From a virus (taxonomy: Duplodnaviria; Caudoviricetes), in the IMG/VR virus record IMGVR_UViG_3300036798_000095, positions 1 through 36,616 of that record: a DNA stretch of 36,616 nucleotides; one strand, written 5' to 3'. The notes below the pieces were generated by a model. It was not told the DNA's origin. It made no database searches and worked only from the letters and a program-made list of their open reading frames with translations. The position numbers were made by a program, and so were the translations under genes. Shown here in pieces: positions 25,976 to 34,633 of this stretch; positions within the stretch are counted from its first letter, which is position 1; the number at the start of each line of letters is the position of its first letter.

Positions 25976-28918
25976 ATGCCTCGCAATGGATCGGGTCTAT
26001 ACGTTCTGCCGGGGTCTGTGAATCCTGTCGTCACCCAAACGCTTATCACGAGCAACTGGGCGAATACAACGATGAACGACCTTGCGGCTGCCATCACGCA
26101 GTCGTTCAGTTCCGACGGTCAGACACCAATGACCGGCAACGCCAATTTCGCCGGCTTCCAGCTCAAGAATCTGGGAGATGCTACTACTCTTGACGCGGCG
26201 GTGAGTTTGGGTTATGTGCAAGATGGCAAGCACTACCGGCTGACGAACGTATCCGGAACCAACGTGCTTACCGCTAGCCTGCCCGGTGGCGCGACGGCAT
26301 TCGTCGCTGGTCAGGTCATTCAGATTCAGCCATCAATCACGAATACTGGCCCGATGACAGTCGCCATCAATGGTGGCGCACCGATCGCCCTATTGTCTCC
26401 TGTAGGCGGTCCGCTGGCTGCAACAAATCTGCAGGCCGGCAAATCATACATATTCCAATACCGGCCCGGTGCCGGCTGGGTAATGGTAAGTTCACCAGAC
26501 CAGATGTCGTTCGCGCAGTCCGCGATCAGCGGCTGGGATCGCCCGGCCGGTGGAACATACCCGGATGTAGCGAAGGTTAATGCCAACACGGTGTCCATTC
26601 CCGCTGGCTCAGGCCGCATCATTGCACCAAGCACCCGCGATCAGTCTGGTGCGATCGAAGTGTCGTGGGTTGCGCAAAGCGTGGCACTAACCAACATACC
26701 AAACGCATGGGCGACGACACTAGGCGTCGATGTGCATGGTAACATCGTCCAACTGGTCGGCAACCTACAAGCCCAGTGGGCACGTCAATACATCCTACTC
26801 GCCACCGTTGCACACATTGACGGCCAGATCGATGGGGTAGTGAACCAACCGTCAGTGTTTGGTGATGCCGCTTATCAAGCGTTCGATCTGGGCGTCTTGT
26901 TTCACAACACAATTACGGCAGGTGGTCAAGTCGTTCCGTCCGCGAACACGCTGCACATGGACGTGAAGGCAGGCCGCATGTGGCTTGTCGGTGGCAATGC
27001 TGATAATCCGGATCAGCCAAACTTTGTTGATTTCGCTGACCAGCTAAATATTACCCTGTATCCGTCAACGGCAACTAATGTGGTTGCTGCTGCCACGAAT
27101 GCGGTCCCGGTCACGCAATACGACCCGGCTGGCGCAGGCGTGGTTACAAATATCCCGGTCCCGTTGAGTCAGGCGGTGATCCATCGCCTATTCCTGATGG
27201 CTGGGCAATACGTCCTGTGCTATGGCCAAACACTCTACCCCGATCTGAACACGGCGATTCAGAGCATCAACAACGATAACGCGACATTCAAGCCACCGGC
27301 CAAACTGATCGGCGCGACACTGTTTGCCTATGTTTGCGCCACCGCTAATTGCACGAACCTGAACGACGGCGTGGGCGGTCGCATTGTGGGCGCGAACGCG
27401 GTCAGTGCGGCGGGAAGCGGTGGCGGTGGTGGCGTGTCCGAAGCACCGCTCGATGGCAACGCCTATGCTCGCCTGAATGGCGCATGGTGGCGGTCGATTT
27501 TCCTTGATCCCAACTACAACGGCATGCTGGGCAACAATGCCAAAGCCGATGGCATCTCGCTATCTCTGAATGCACAGGCTGGCACGAATCGGCAACTCAA
27601 TTTCCAATCGTCCGGTGTGAATCGTTGGGCGTTAGTTGTTGCTAATACGGCAGAGCCGGGATCGAATGTTGGCGCTAATATCGCGCTGAACCGCTACGCG
27701 GATAATGGCGCTTACCTCGATACGCCATTTGCCATAGCCCGCAACACGGGTATGGTCACGCTGGGTAATGTCTCTATTCTTGGCACAACGTCATGCGGCG
27801 GTGCTGTCAGCATCAATATGGCGGCGGGAGGGTCTGCACTAAATATCACGAATACGAATACCAATGGCGCGATGATTGTAATGAGGGGCGATGGAGCCAC
27901 TACACCCTCGAAAATGATCCGTGCGCGTGCTGGCAATTTAGAGTTCGTGAATGATGCCAATAGCGTCATTATTGCTACGCTTGCCGATAGTGGCGCGTTG
28001 AATATTGGCGGCACGCTTACCGCGCCTAATGTTACTGCGAGTGGCAATGTTTCTGCTGGGCAATTGATAACTGGCTCAAATGTTGTATCGTCTGGCGTAA
28101 ATCTCGTAATGGGTCCAACTGGCGCTGGCACGGTCTATTTACGCCCGAACGGTGTTGGCAATGCCGCAGGCCAAACGTTTGTTGGTTCTAACGGTGCTAT
28201 TAGTGTCAATTCAGCCACAGGCGCAGGCGGTGGGCAAGCTAGCATCATGCTTCAAGATGGTAATCCTAGTGTCGGTTTAATAGGCGGTGGTGGCAGTTAC
28301 CCTAACAAATATCTTCGTGCCCAAAACAGTTCATTCCAAGTCGTTAACGGCGGCTATACTTATGTCATGGCGTCGGTCAATGACTTTGGGTCGTCTATGA
28401 ACTTGACCGTTTCTAACACGATTCAGCCAAGCGCGGATAATGCAGGTGTGTGCGGCACTAGCGGTGCCCGGTGGCAAACTGTTTATGCGGTATCTGGCAC
28501 GATAAATACGTGTGACGTGCGAGAGAAAAATATCACGGGTCCAAACCCGCTAGGTTTGGATTTCGTCAATGCCATTCCTGTTAGTTGTTTCAAGTACAAG
28601 GTAGGCCACAACGATACCGCGCCATTAGTAGATGCCGATGGCGCGGCTATCCTTGATGCTAATGGCAATTTCCAAACCGTAGTAACGCCTGTTCCGGGTA
28701 TTCGCACACACGTTACTGGCATGGCCCAAGACATACAGGCCCAACTCATAGCGGCAGGTTTGGACCCTAGCAATATGGCGATGTGGTCACTCGATGACCC
28801 TGCGAATCCCGATAGTCGGCAGGGCCTACGGCCCGATCAACTCATGTGGGTTTTGTGGACTGCCGTGCAGCAGCTTTCCGCCCAGGTGAAGGAATTAAAA
28901 GCCAAACTCGGCCTGTAG
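25976..28918 (+). CDS. tail fibre/spike with C-terminal intramolecular chaperone
   Basis: MPRNGSG.Y.LP anchor, DGQTPMTGN, internal foldon-like motif, C-terminal G.AQD...GLRPDQL...LW.AVQQL coiled coil. Confidence 0.85.
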   Translation: MPRNGSGLYVLPGSVNPVVTQTLITSNWANTTMNDLAAAITQSFSSDGQTPMTGNANFAGFQLKNLGDATTLDAAVSLGYVQDGKHYRLTNVSGTNVLTASLPGGATAFVAGQVIQIQPSITNTGPMTVAINGGAPIALLSPVGGPLAATNLQAGKSYIFQYRPGAGWVMVSSPDQMSFAQSAISGWDRPAGGTYPDVAKVNANTVSIPAGSGRIIAPSTRDQSGAIEVSWVAQSVALTNIPNAWATTLGVDVHGNIVQLVGNLQAQWARQYILLATVAHIDGQIDGVVNQPSVFGDAAYQAFDLGVLFHNTITAGGQVVPSANTLHMDVKAGRMWLVGGNADNPDQPNFVDFADQLNITLYPSTATNVVAAATNAVPVTQYDPAGAGVVTNIPVPLSQAVIHRLFLMAGQYVLCYGQTLYPDLNTAIQSINNDNATFKPPAKLIGATLFAYVCATANCTNLNDGVGGRIVGANAVSAAGSGGGGGVSEAPLDGNAYARLNGAWWRSIFLDPNYNGMLGNNAKADGISLSLNAQAGTNRQLNFQSSGVNRWALVVANTAEPGSNVGANIALNRYADNGAYLDTPFAIARNTGMVTLGNVSILGTTSCGGAVSINMAAGGSALNITNTNTNGAMIVMRGDGATTPSKMIRARAGNLEFVNDANSVIIATLADSGALNIGGTLTAPNVTASGNVSAGQLITGSNVVSSGVNLVMGPTGAGTVYLRPNGVGNAAGQTFVGSNGAISVNSATGAGGGQASIMLQDGNPSVGLIGGGGSYPNKYLRAQNSSFQVVNGGYTYVMASVNDFGSSMNLTVSNTIQPSADNAGVCGTSGARWQTVYAVSGTINTCDVREKNITGPNPLGLDFVNAIPVSCFKYKVGHNDTAPLVDADGAAILDANGNFQTVVTPVPGIRTHVTGMAQDIQAQLIAAGLDPSNMAMWSLDDPANPDSRQGLRPDQLMWVLWTAVQQLSAQVKELKAKLGL

Positions 28919-28920
28919 AC

Positions 28921-28970
28921 GTCGCATAAAGGTGAGGCCCAGAGGGTAAGCTCTGGGCCTCTGTTGCGAC
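28921..28970. terminator. hairpin between convergent transcription units (likely terminator)
   Basis: GAGGCCCAGAG-GGTAAG-CTCTGGGCCTC 11-bp stem with outer GTCGCA/TGCGAC; U-tracts are weak. Confidence 0.65.
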
Positions 28971-29050
28971 TGTAGGGTTCGGTCCAGGGGGTGATCTTCC
29001 CCCTACAGTATTCCCTTACGGGAATTCTTGCGGCCTGACGGTGTGCCACC
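28925..29050 (-). ncRNA. candidate structured small RNA
   Basis: Consensus promoter upstream, four consecutive stems, terminator-like 3' end, no convincing ORF. Confidence 0.5.
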
Positions 29051-29055
29051 TGTCA

Positions 29056-29084
29056 ATTATAGCACACCCCGAGGCTCCTGTCAA
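29056..29084 (-). promoter_or_regulatory. sigma70-type promoter pointing into intergenic DNA
   Basis: TTGACA-17 nt-TATAAT with TG. Confidence 0.8.
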
Positions 29085-29100
29085 GTTTATATTCTACGGG

Positions 29101-29352
29101 CTATGCGTCTATCCATACCCAGTCATCAGCCAACATGTCTGTTTGGCTTGCTAGCCACGGCACTCGTGCACCCGGTGTGTGTTCAGCATCAGCGGGATAG
29201 TTGATATAGATGTACGGGAGCGTCATCTTAGAATGTTCATCGGGGACTTGTAGCTCAAGCCACAAGCCCTTTCCATTCCAGCCGGAACGGGCTACTTTGT
29301 CGCCGCTTTTCAACACAATCAGCGCATCACCGAAACTAAGTGACATGGTCAT
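29101..29352 (-). CDS. DUF2829 / Tad2-like anti-defence protein
   Basis: LSFGDAL..LK.G.KVAR.GWNGKG.W...PWLASQTDMLADDW signature; AGGAG RBS before ATG 29352. Confidence 0.8.
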   Translation of the reverse strand: MTMSLSFGDALIVLKSGDKVARSGWNGKGLWLELQVPDEHSKMTLPYIYINYPADAEHTPGARVPWLASQTDMLADDWVWIDA

Positions 29353-29357
29353 TTCTC

Positions 29358-29681
29358 CTATAATCCAGCGTATGTTTTCTGTGGTGTAATAAAACCAGCG
29401 TCTCCGCAATCCACCGGTACCGCTTGTGCCCGGTTTGGATTCTCGTACATGCGGATTTCCGGGATCAACGAAAGGTACCCGGCTGCATCCGCAATATTGT
29501 CGTCCTCATGCTGACCCGCCTCACGGGCAAGCTTTAGTGCCACCATGCACAGGACTACCTGCTCAGGATTTATTGAGCAGCCAATGATAGCTTCCCACAT
29601 CTTCGCCACCCGACGAAAATGCAGATTCGGTTTCTCGCGATATTTCCTTTGCTCGTTGACGATTGGATTCGTGGATTCCAT
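29358..29681 (-). CDS. DUF6378-like protein
   Basis: F.RVA.MW..IIG..I.PEQV.LCM..LKLAR....H.DN..D.AGY. Confidence 0.7.
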   Translation of the reverse strand: MESTNPIVNEQRKYREKPNLHFRRVAKMWEAIIGCSINPEQVVLCMVALKLAREAGQHEDDNIADAAGYLSLIPEIRMYENPNRAQAVPVDCGDAGFITPQKTYAGL

Positions 29682-30105
29682 CTAGTGTGTACCCCTTTAG
29701 TGTAGTAAAAAAGTTCTTGTCCATCGGCATATTGACCGCGACAGCACGCCATTGATTAGCGTTTGTGGTTAGCGATGCCGCCATTGTGCCAGTGACCAGC
29801 AGGAACTGCATGTTTTCGATATCGCAGACCAGCACCCACGACATGCCGCCCCGAGCGAAACGTTCCGAGTGCCAAGATTTCTGCGGGGGTCGCATTTTTA
29901 CGCTGCCGTTCTTCATAGCTTTGAGTTCTATCCACAGGTCAATTCCTCCAACACAAATGTTGAGATCAGGAACACCGGCCGATACTTCGTGCGACTCGAC
30001 CCACGTGACGTGGTAACCCATACCTTCGGCATACCCCATGATCCAGCGGCGGAAATGCCCCTCATTAGCGAATTGCTCTGGGAGTTTGGTACGGATCAAG
30101 CTCAT
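29563..30105 (-). CDS. PD-(D/E)XK nuclease (VRR-NUC/Holliday junction resolvase-like)
   Basis: NE..F, GVPDL, WIELK and RPPQ..W......GG.SWVL. Confidence 0.8.
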   Translation of the reverse strand: MSLIRTKLPEQFANEGHFRRWIMGYAEGMGYHVTWVESHEVSAGVPDLNICVGGIDLWIELKAMKNGSVKMRPPQKSWHSERFARGGMSWVLVCDIENMQFLLVTGTMAASLTTNANQWRAVAVNMPMDKNFFTTLKGYTLDGIHESNRQRAKEISRETESAFSSGGEDVGSYHWLLNKS

Positions 30106-30605
30106 AGTTCACCTCGTAGGATGACGGCCATTTCGATCACAGTGTTTGGCAGCACCGACTCATACTTCACCAGATTTCGGTCGAAGTTCAAGTGGATGTC
30201 GTCGAAAATTTCATCACGCATCACTCGACTGCCGCCAAACTCGCGAGCAAAATGGATGGCCTCAAGACAATCAGCCAGCTTCACGATGGCACGAACGTGA
30301 TCCGGTACGTCCAATTCGCCGTCCAAATGGGGGGTCACCTCCGGGCATTTGGCTCGTAGGTCCCGTTTGAACGGCGAAGGAATATCTCCGGTGTACCACT
30401 CATCCGCATCGTGAACCAGCGCGTACGACGTCACGAGCTGGACATCTTGCATCGAGCAGCCGGAAAGAGCCAGCACCCGAGCAATCAATACGACATTGTA
30501 GCTATGTTCCGCTACCGACTGGTCCTTCCCCATTGAGCAGATTGGCCACCTTTTTACCTGTTGCAACCGCAGGTTCCGTTTCAGTGTCATTATTAATGTG
30601 TGCAT
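30102..30605 (-). CDS. datZ: HD-domain dATP triphosphohydrolase DatZ
   Basis: V.RW, QSVAEHSYNV, ALVHDADE..TGDIPSP.K and VKLAD.LEA; lies in the purZ-mazZ cluster. Confidence 0.85.
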   Translation of the reverse strand: MHTLIMTLKRNLRLQQVKRWPICSMGKDQSVAEHSYNVVLIARVLALSGCSMQDVQLVTSYALVHDADEWYTGDIPSPFKRDLRAKCPEVTPHLDGELDVPDHVRAIVKLADCLEAIHFAREFGGSRVMRDEIFDDIHLNFDRNLVKYESVLPNTVIEMAVILRGEL

Positions 30606-30915
30606 TGTTCCTCCGGCGGATCACACCATTTTCAGCCACCCAATGGCGTTTATGGCGGTTGGTGTCCATTTTGTCCCAGCCAGCATCAACAATATCGACG
30701 CCGTACATATTGGCTAGGTCCAGCAGCAAGATGATCATATCACCCAATTCATCTCGCACATCGCCGCCGTTAACGATGGCGTCGAGCAGCTCCGACGTTT
30801 CACCCACCAGCTTAACCACCGTATTCTGTGGCTTGCGTTTGGGTGAGATTCCGTTGGCCCACTCAACAACATCGGTCTGCAGCCGATAGATGTCGTATTT
30901 CTCATCCGTTCGCAT
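30502..30915 (-). CDS. mazZ: MazG-like (d)GTP diphosphohydrolase MazZ
   Basis: W...I.P.R......KL..E..EL...DELGD..I.LLD.A...G.D......KM..NR; immediately downstream of purZ. Confidence 0.8.
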   Translation of the reverse strand: MRTDEKYDIYRLQTDVVEWANGISPKRKPQNTVVKLVGETSELLDAIVNGGDVRDELGDMIILLLDLANMYGVDIVDAGWDKMDTNRHKRHWVAENGVIRRRNNAHINNDTETEPAVATGKKVANLLNGEGPVGSGT

Positions 30916-31996
30916 AGGTACCAATCTCCATGATGTCACCATCTTGCGGACCGAAACCCAGATACCTGACCATGTTGAAATTGGTCAGTAGGGCCTCGTA
31001 CTCGGAAATGCCACACATCGTTTTGCCCAGATCGTTGATCACGCCTCGGACTCGGTTAGCTTCGCGGGGGTCGTAGTTGCAGAAGTTTAGGAAGACCTCG
31101 TTGACAGAATTCATCCTCATGGCTTCATGAATCTGCTGCGAGCTGAATGTGAATACACGGCGGACTCGGCCAGTGACCGTGGTGTGCTCCGGACTGACAC
31201 CGAGCCGTTCCCACGTCAATTCACGTTGATCATCGTAACAGGGGCCGGAATTGCCGTCAGACGTGTTGCCGACTCGGATCGGGTGCACGCGGGCAGTTCC
31301 TACTACGGTTAAAGCGTAGCGGTTTGGTACCGGAACCGCACAATCAGCCAGCGTACGCCAAACCGTGCAGTCGCGACTAGTGCAGTGCGGCCAGAACCCA
31401 GCATTGATGCCGAGCGAATAGCCCTGCGATCCTTCGACAAGGATGCTCTCCGACTCGTACATGATTTCCATGTATTTTTCGTGGCTGGTGATGTATTCAT
31501 ATAGCGTGTGTCCATCGGAAGTTTCGACATTGAGGTAACTGCCGTTACGGTTCACGATGTTAGTATTGCCCGGATTTCGACGAAGCTTGTGCATTATAGC
31601 TTCCATCGATCCTTGCATGGTGCTGCTGATAACCGATAGCTTCTCTTCTTCCGCTTGCTTGTGTTCCGGCAGCACGATCCCGGCATGTTCATGGATACAT
31701 ACTTCTGCCGTCACGCCGCGTTGGCGCAGTTCGTTGATCTCTGCTACCAGCCGGTTCGGCTGGAATATCGCGCCCGGCCCAATCATGATATAACGGAGCT
31801 TCGGGCTTAGTACACCAGACGGCAAGACCTTGTTGATGGTCTTGTTCCCTTCATCGTCAACGTAAGTGTGCCCCGCGTTTGGCATGTTGGCCGATACTAC
31901 CGTGTCGAAATGCTCGGTTCGGCTGATGTGTCCGGCAATCAACCCCTTGCCGGTACTGCCAAACTGCAGATCAACTATCGCCTTCACTTTCATCAT
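30902..31996 (-). CDS. purZ: N6-succino-2-amino-2'-deoxyadenylate synthase PurZ
   Basis: PurA fold with DLQFGSTGKG (Ser in place of the catalytic Asp of PurA GDEGKG), NMPNAGHT, EGSQG, TSRDCT, HPIRVG, TTVT.RVRR, and FLNFCNY in place of TKLD. Confidence 0.95.
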   Translation of the reverse strand: MMKVKAIVDLQFGSTGKGLIAGHISRTEHFDTVVSANMPNAGHTYVDDEGNKTINKVLPSGVLSPKLRYIMIGPGAIFQPNRLVAEINELRQRGVTAEVCIHEHAGIVLPEHKQAEEEKLSVISSTMQGSMEAIMHKLRRNPGNTNIVNRNGSYLNVETSDGHTLYEYITSHEKYMEIMYESESILVEGSQGYSLGINAGFWPHCTSRDCTVWRTLADCAVPVPNRYALTVVGTARVHPIRVGNTSDGNSGPCYDDQRELTWERLGVSPEHTTVTGRVRRVFTFSSQQIHEAMRMNSVNEVFLNFCNYDPREANRVRGVINDLGKTMCGISEYEALLTNFNMVRYLGFGPQDGDIMEIGTYANG

Positions 31997-34238
31997 CCAT
32001 CTCCTCTGCAAATAGTGCGAATTCTTTGTTTATGTTTCGTTGAATTTCTTCTGCTGACAATAATATGGCCACTCGTGTCTTTGAGTCTCCGTTGCCGGTG
32101 ATCGGGCGTCCTCCTGCTGTTAACCGTGCTTTACGCACACGTATTGTTTTCATTCCTAGTTTAGCCATGTTCCTACTAAAAGTATCCGCGTCCACACGAA
32201 ATATGGCACGCGCATTATAATTCCTTGCATACTTAAGGAAATCCGTATACATGCCGTCCGTACCAACAACTTCATCGTCGTCCATTTTCATTATCGGAAA
32301 ATACTTACCACTAGCCCCGACAATAGTGCCCGAACTACGATCGCCCATGACTACTTCCTTTACCCACATCACGAATGCATCGTCGTCAGAGCCGACAGCA
32401 GTCACTTTCTGCTGGCCCTTGAGCCATGTCGTTTCCATCGCACGGTGCATCTTGTTGATGATCTTTCGGTTCTGGAAGTAGTACAGGATTTTGCCGAGAT
32501 ACTCCGGGTTGTTCAGCTCGCGGCGTTTATTCTCGCCCACTAATTTAATCAGACGTTCCCAGTACTCTGCATCGTCGTAGTATTTGCCGTCGACATCTAA
32601 CACAAAAAATCGGCGGCTGTCGATACTGGCTGGTACCGCCCATTTGTTGTTGGTCGTGATCGCAATCATCAAGTAGTTTTCAGCACGCCACGCGTTGACA
32701 TACTTGGACTCAATATCAATCTCGCGCTCCGTCACTAGGCCCTTGAGCCGCTCCGCTTCCGCGTGATTGCCGGACCAGTGCGTTTCGTTAGCGGAAATCC
32801 ATACCTTACCACTAATCAGCGACCCGCTGAACTGGCCGAGCCACTTTCCAGAAGATACGTTGATCGAGTGACGCCTGCCGATAATGTTTTCGATGGTTGA
32901 CGTAAACACGCCCTTACCAACACCCTCTCCGCCACGCAGCACCAAACATAAATTGTGAACGGCAAGCGGATCATTAAACTTGAGCGTGAGCATGTCACAC
33001 AAGAACCCGTAGTATCGTGTATTTCCCCTGCACAGGACTTCAAGCATGAAGTCCAAGAACACGCGTATATCATCTTCCTCACACTCTATCGGTTTTATAG
33101 CAAATCCGGTCCACATATTAATAGACTGCGGCGGTTCCTTGCCCGATTCCCACATGCCGATCTTCTTGATTTCTCGTCGGTCTGGGCTTTGCAGCCATAT
33201 CTCAGACATCGGCTTGTCCTTGTTACCGACAAGTATGCGGTCATTCATCATCTTTACGGCCCAATCTCGCGGGGCGGCAACATGTAGATCGCCATTTTCC
33301 ATATACACAATACCCAAAGCACCCTTGTTGTCATATACCCCATATTTCTCGTTGAGCCGGTCGATGTGTATGTCGAAATCGATGCCAGACCAATATAGTC
33401 GGTCTTCGTTCGTCAGCGGCTTGCCGCATCGGATCGCTTCTTTGATCAGCCACCTGATTGTTACCGTATTGTTTCGGTTAGCGTCGAAGCCGCGCCATTT
33501 GGTTTCTGTTTCACCATCCTTGTACTTTGTCCCTTTCTTGGACCACTCGTCCCACGCCATGAATCCGACATAGCCGGCATCGTTGTGATGCACCGCCATT
33601 CCGATTTTGAGCCAAACATCGTAGTCGCAATCTGGGTCAATAGATTCGAGAAGCCCGACGACGTACGGACCGGGCGCTAGAGCCTCGACGGCGACCGGCA
33701 TACCTTCTGCCGGCTTCACCGCCTGCAACTCTCGCAATTTGCCGGGCAACCCGCCCGTTTCCCACGTGTAAACGCGACCGTCGATCCGGGACGGGAAGAC
33801 GGTGAAGAGCTTTCCGTCACCCAACACGTCGTAGCCGTCGCCGGACACCAGCTCGGTTTTATTCAGCAGGTAGTGCTTGCCATTCTGCGGTGTCGTGGCA
33901 CTCGGTCCACTAATACCTTTCAGCTTATCGCCCAGCGTCTTGAACCCATCCGGCTTGCCGGGGTGTCGATCGACGTCGAGCACTTTGAACCCATCGACCA
34001 TCAAGGCGATGTTGCCGCCTCGATGTGGACCATTAGGACCGAACCACCTATTAATTAAGGCCGGGTCCCTTGTTGCTATCTCCTTCCAGTTGTCATCCAC
34101 CGGTTCTTTGGAGTTTGGTGCGAGTGGCAAGACCTTCACGCCCGATTTGGCATATAGCAGCGCAGCTTCCAGCAGCTGCTGGTCCCGTGACTCATACCCC
34201 TCAATTAGCTTGATTTCGCTAGAATTGATGTGTATCAT
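31971..34238 (-). CDS. primase-polymerase (AEP) / PriCT-2 / SF3 helicase fusion
   Basis: VLDVD...G.H (AEP), YDVWLKIGMA...WDEWS...KY (PriCT-2), GGEGVGKG (Walker A), ANE, TTNN and SRRF. Confidence 0.88.
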   Translation of the reverse strand: MIHINSSEIKLIEGYESRDQQLLEAALLYAKSGVKVLPLAPNSKEPVDDNWKEIATRDPALINRWFGPNGPHRGGNIALMVDGFKVLDVDRHPGKPDGFKTLGDKLKGISGPSATTPQNGKHYLLNKTELVSGDGYDVLGDGKLFTVFPSRIDGRVYTWETGGLPGKLRELQAVKPAEGMPVAVEALAPGPYVVGLLESIDPDCDYDVWLKIGMAVHHNDAGYVGFMAWDEWSKKGTKYKDGETETKWRGFDANRNNTVTIRWLIKEAIRCGKPLTNEDRLYWSGIDFDIHIDRLNEKYGVYDNKGALGIVYMENGDLHVAAPRDWAVKMMNDRILVGNKDKPMSEIWLQSPDRREIKKIGMWESGKEPPQSINMWTGFAIKPIECEEDDIRVFLDFMLEVLCRGNTRYYGFLCDMLTLKFNDPLAVHNLCLVLRGGEGVGKGVFTSTIENIIGRRHSINVSSGKWLGQFSGSLISGKVWISANETHWSGNHAEAERLKGLVTEREIDIESKYVNAWRAENYLMIAITTNNKWAVPASIDSRRFFVLDVDGKYYDDAEYWERLIKLVGENKRRELNNPEYLGKILYYFQNRKIINKMHRAMETTWLKGQQKVTAVGSDDDAFVMWVKEVVMGDRSSGTIVGASGKYFPIMKMDDDEVVGTDGMYTDFLKYARNYNARAIFRVDADTFSRNMAKLGMKTIRVRKARLTAGGRPITGNGDSKTRVAILLSAEEIQRNINKEFALFAEEMDDESEGDS

Positions 34239-34633
34239 TGCGCCCTCTTATGGCGCCGAATGTGGCACCTCGGACATACCCATTTCACTTCTAATGGCTT
34301 AGAATAGTCGTCATGATGGGCATGGACATGCAAGTCATTGCACTCTTCACATGGCTGGCGGACTAAGATTCCTGACTTTAACGCTTTCTTTACCGCGCTA
34401 CGGGCATTCGTCTTAGTTTTGTCGCGATCTCTATCGTGCAATTTTTGCAGCTCTTTATGCCTATCTGTTTGGTTATATTTCCTGCGGTGGGCTATTGCTG
34501 AATCTGTTTTGCCCCACTCCGATTTCTGCTTATTTCGGCATGAGTCACATACCCCTCGCGGGCGTTTGGTAGTGGAATGCAGGCTGAATTCGGTCAGCGG
34601 CCTATTTTCGTTGCATGTCTTACAACATTTCAC
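34235..34633 (-). CDS. HNH-type zinc-binding endonuclease
   Basis: CxxC pairs and HAHHDDYSKPLEV.W.C..CH; the GTG start overlaps the polymerase stop (GTGA). Confidence 0.75.
   Translation of the reverse strand: MKCCKTCNENRPLTEFSLHSTTKRPRGVCDSCRNKQKSEWGKTDSAIAHRRKYNQTDRHKELQKLHDRDRDKTKTNARSAVKKALKSGILVRQPCEECNDLHVHAHHDDYSKPLEVKWVCPRCHIRRHKRAQ

Noticed and set aside
28837-29049. 70-aa minus-strand ORF behind the orphan promoter
   Set aside because: GTG start without SD, runs through the terminator-like hairpin into the tail-fibre gene, and has no protein-like features. A leaderless peptide is not fully excluded.
28921-29050. Self-cleaving ribozyme
   Set aside because: I could not find hammerhead (CUGANGA/GAAA), twister or pistol core sequences by eye; an Infernal search would be decisive.
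30902-31996. Ordinary purA auxiliary metabolic gene
   Set aside because: It lacks GDEGKG and TKLD, has PurZ-type residues, and is flanked by mazZ and datZ.
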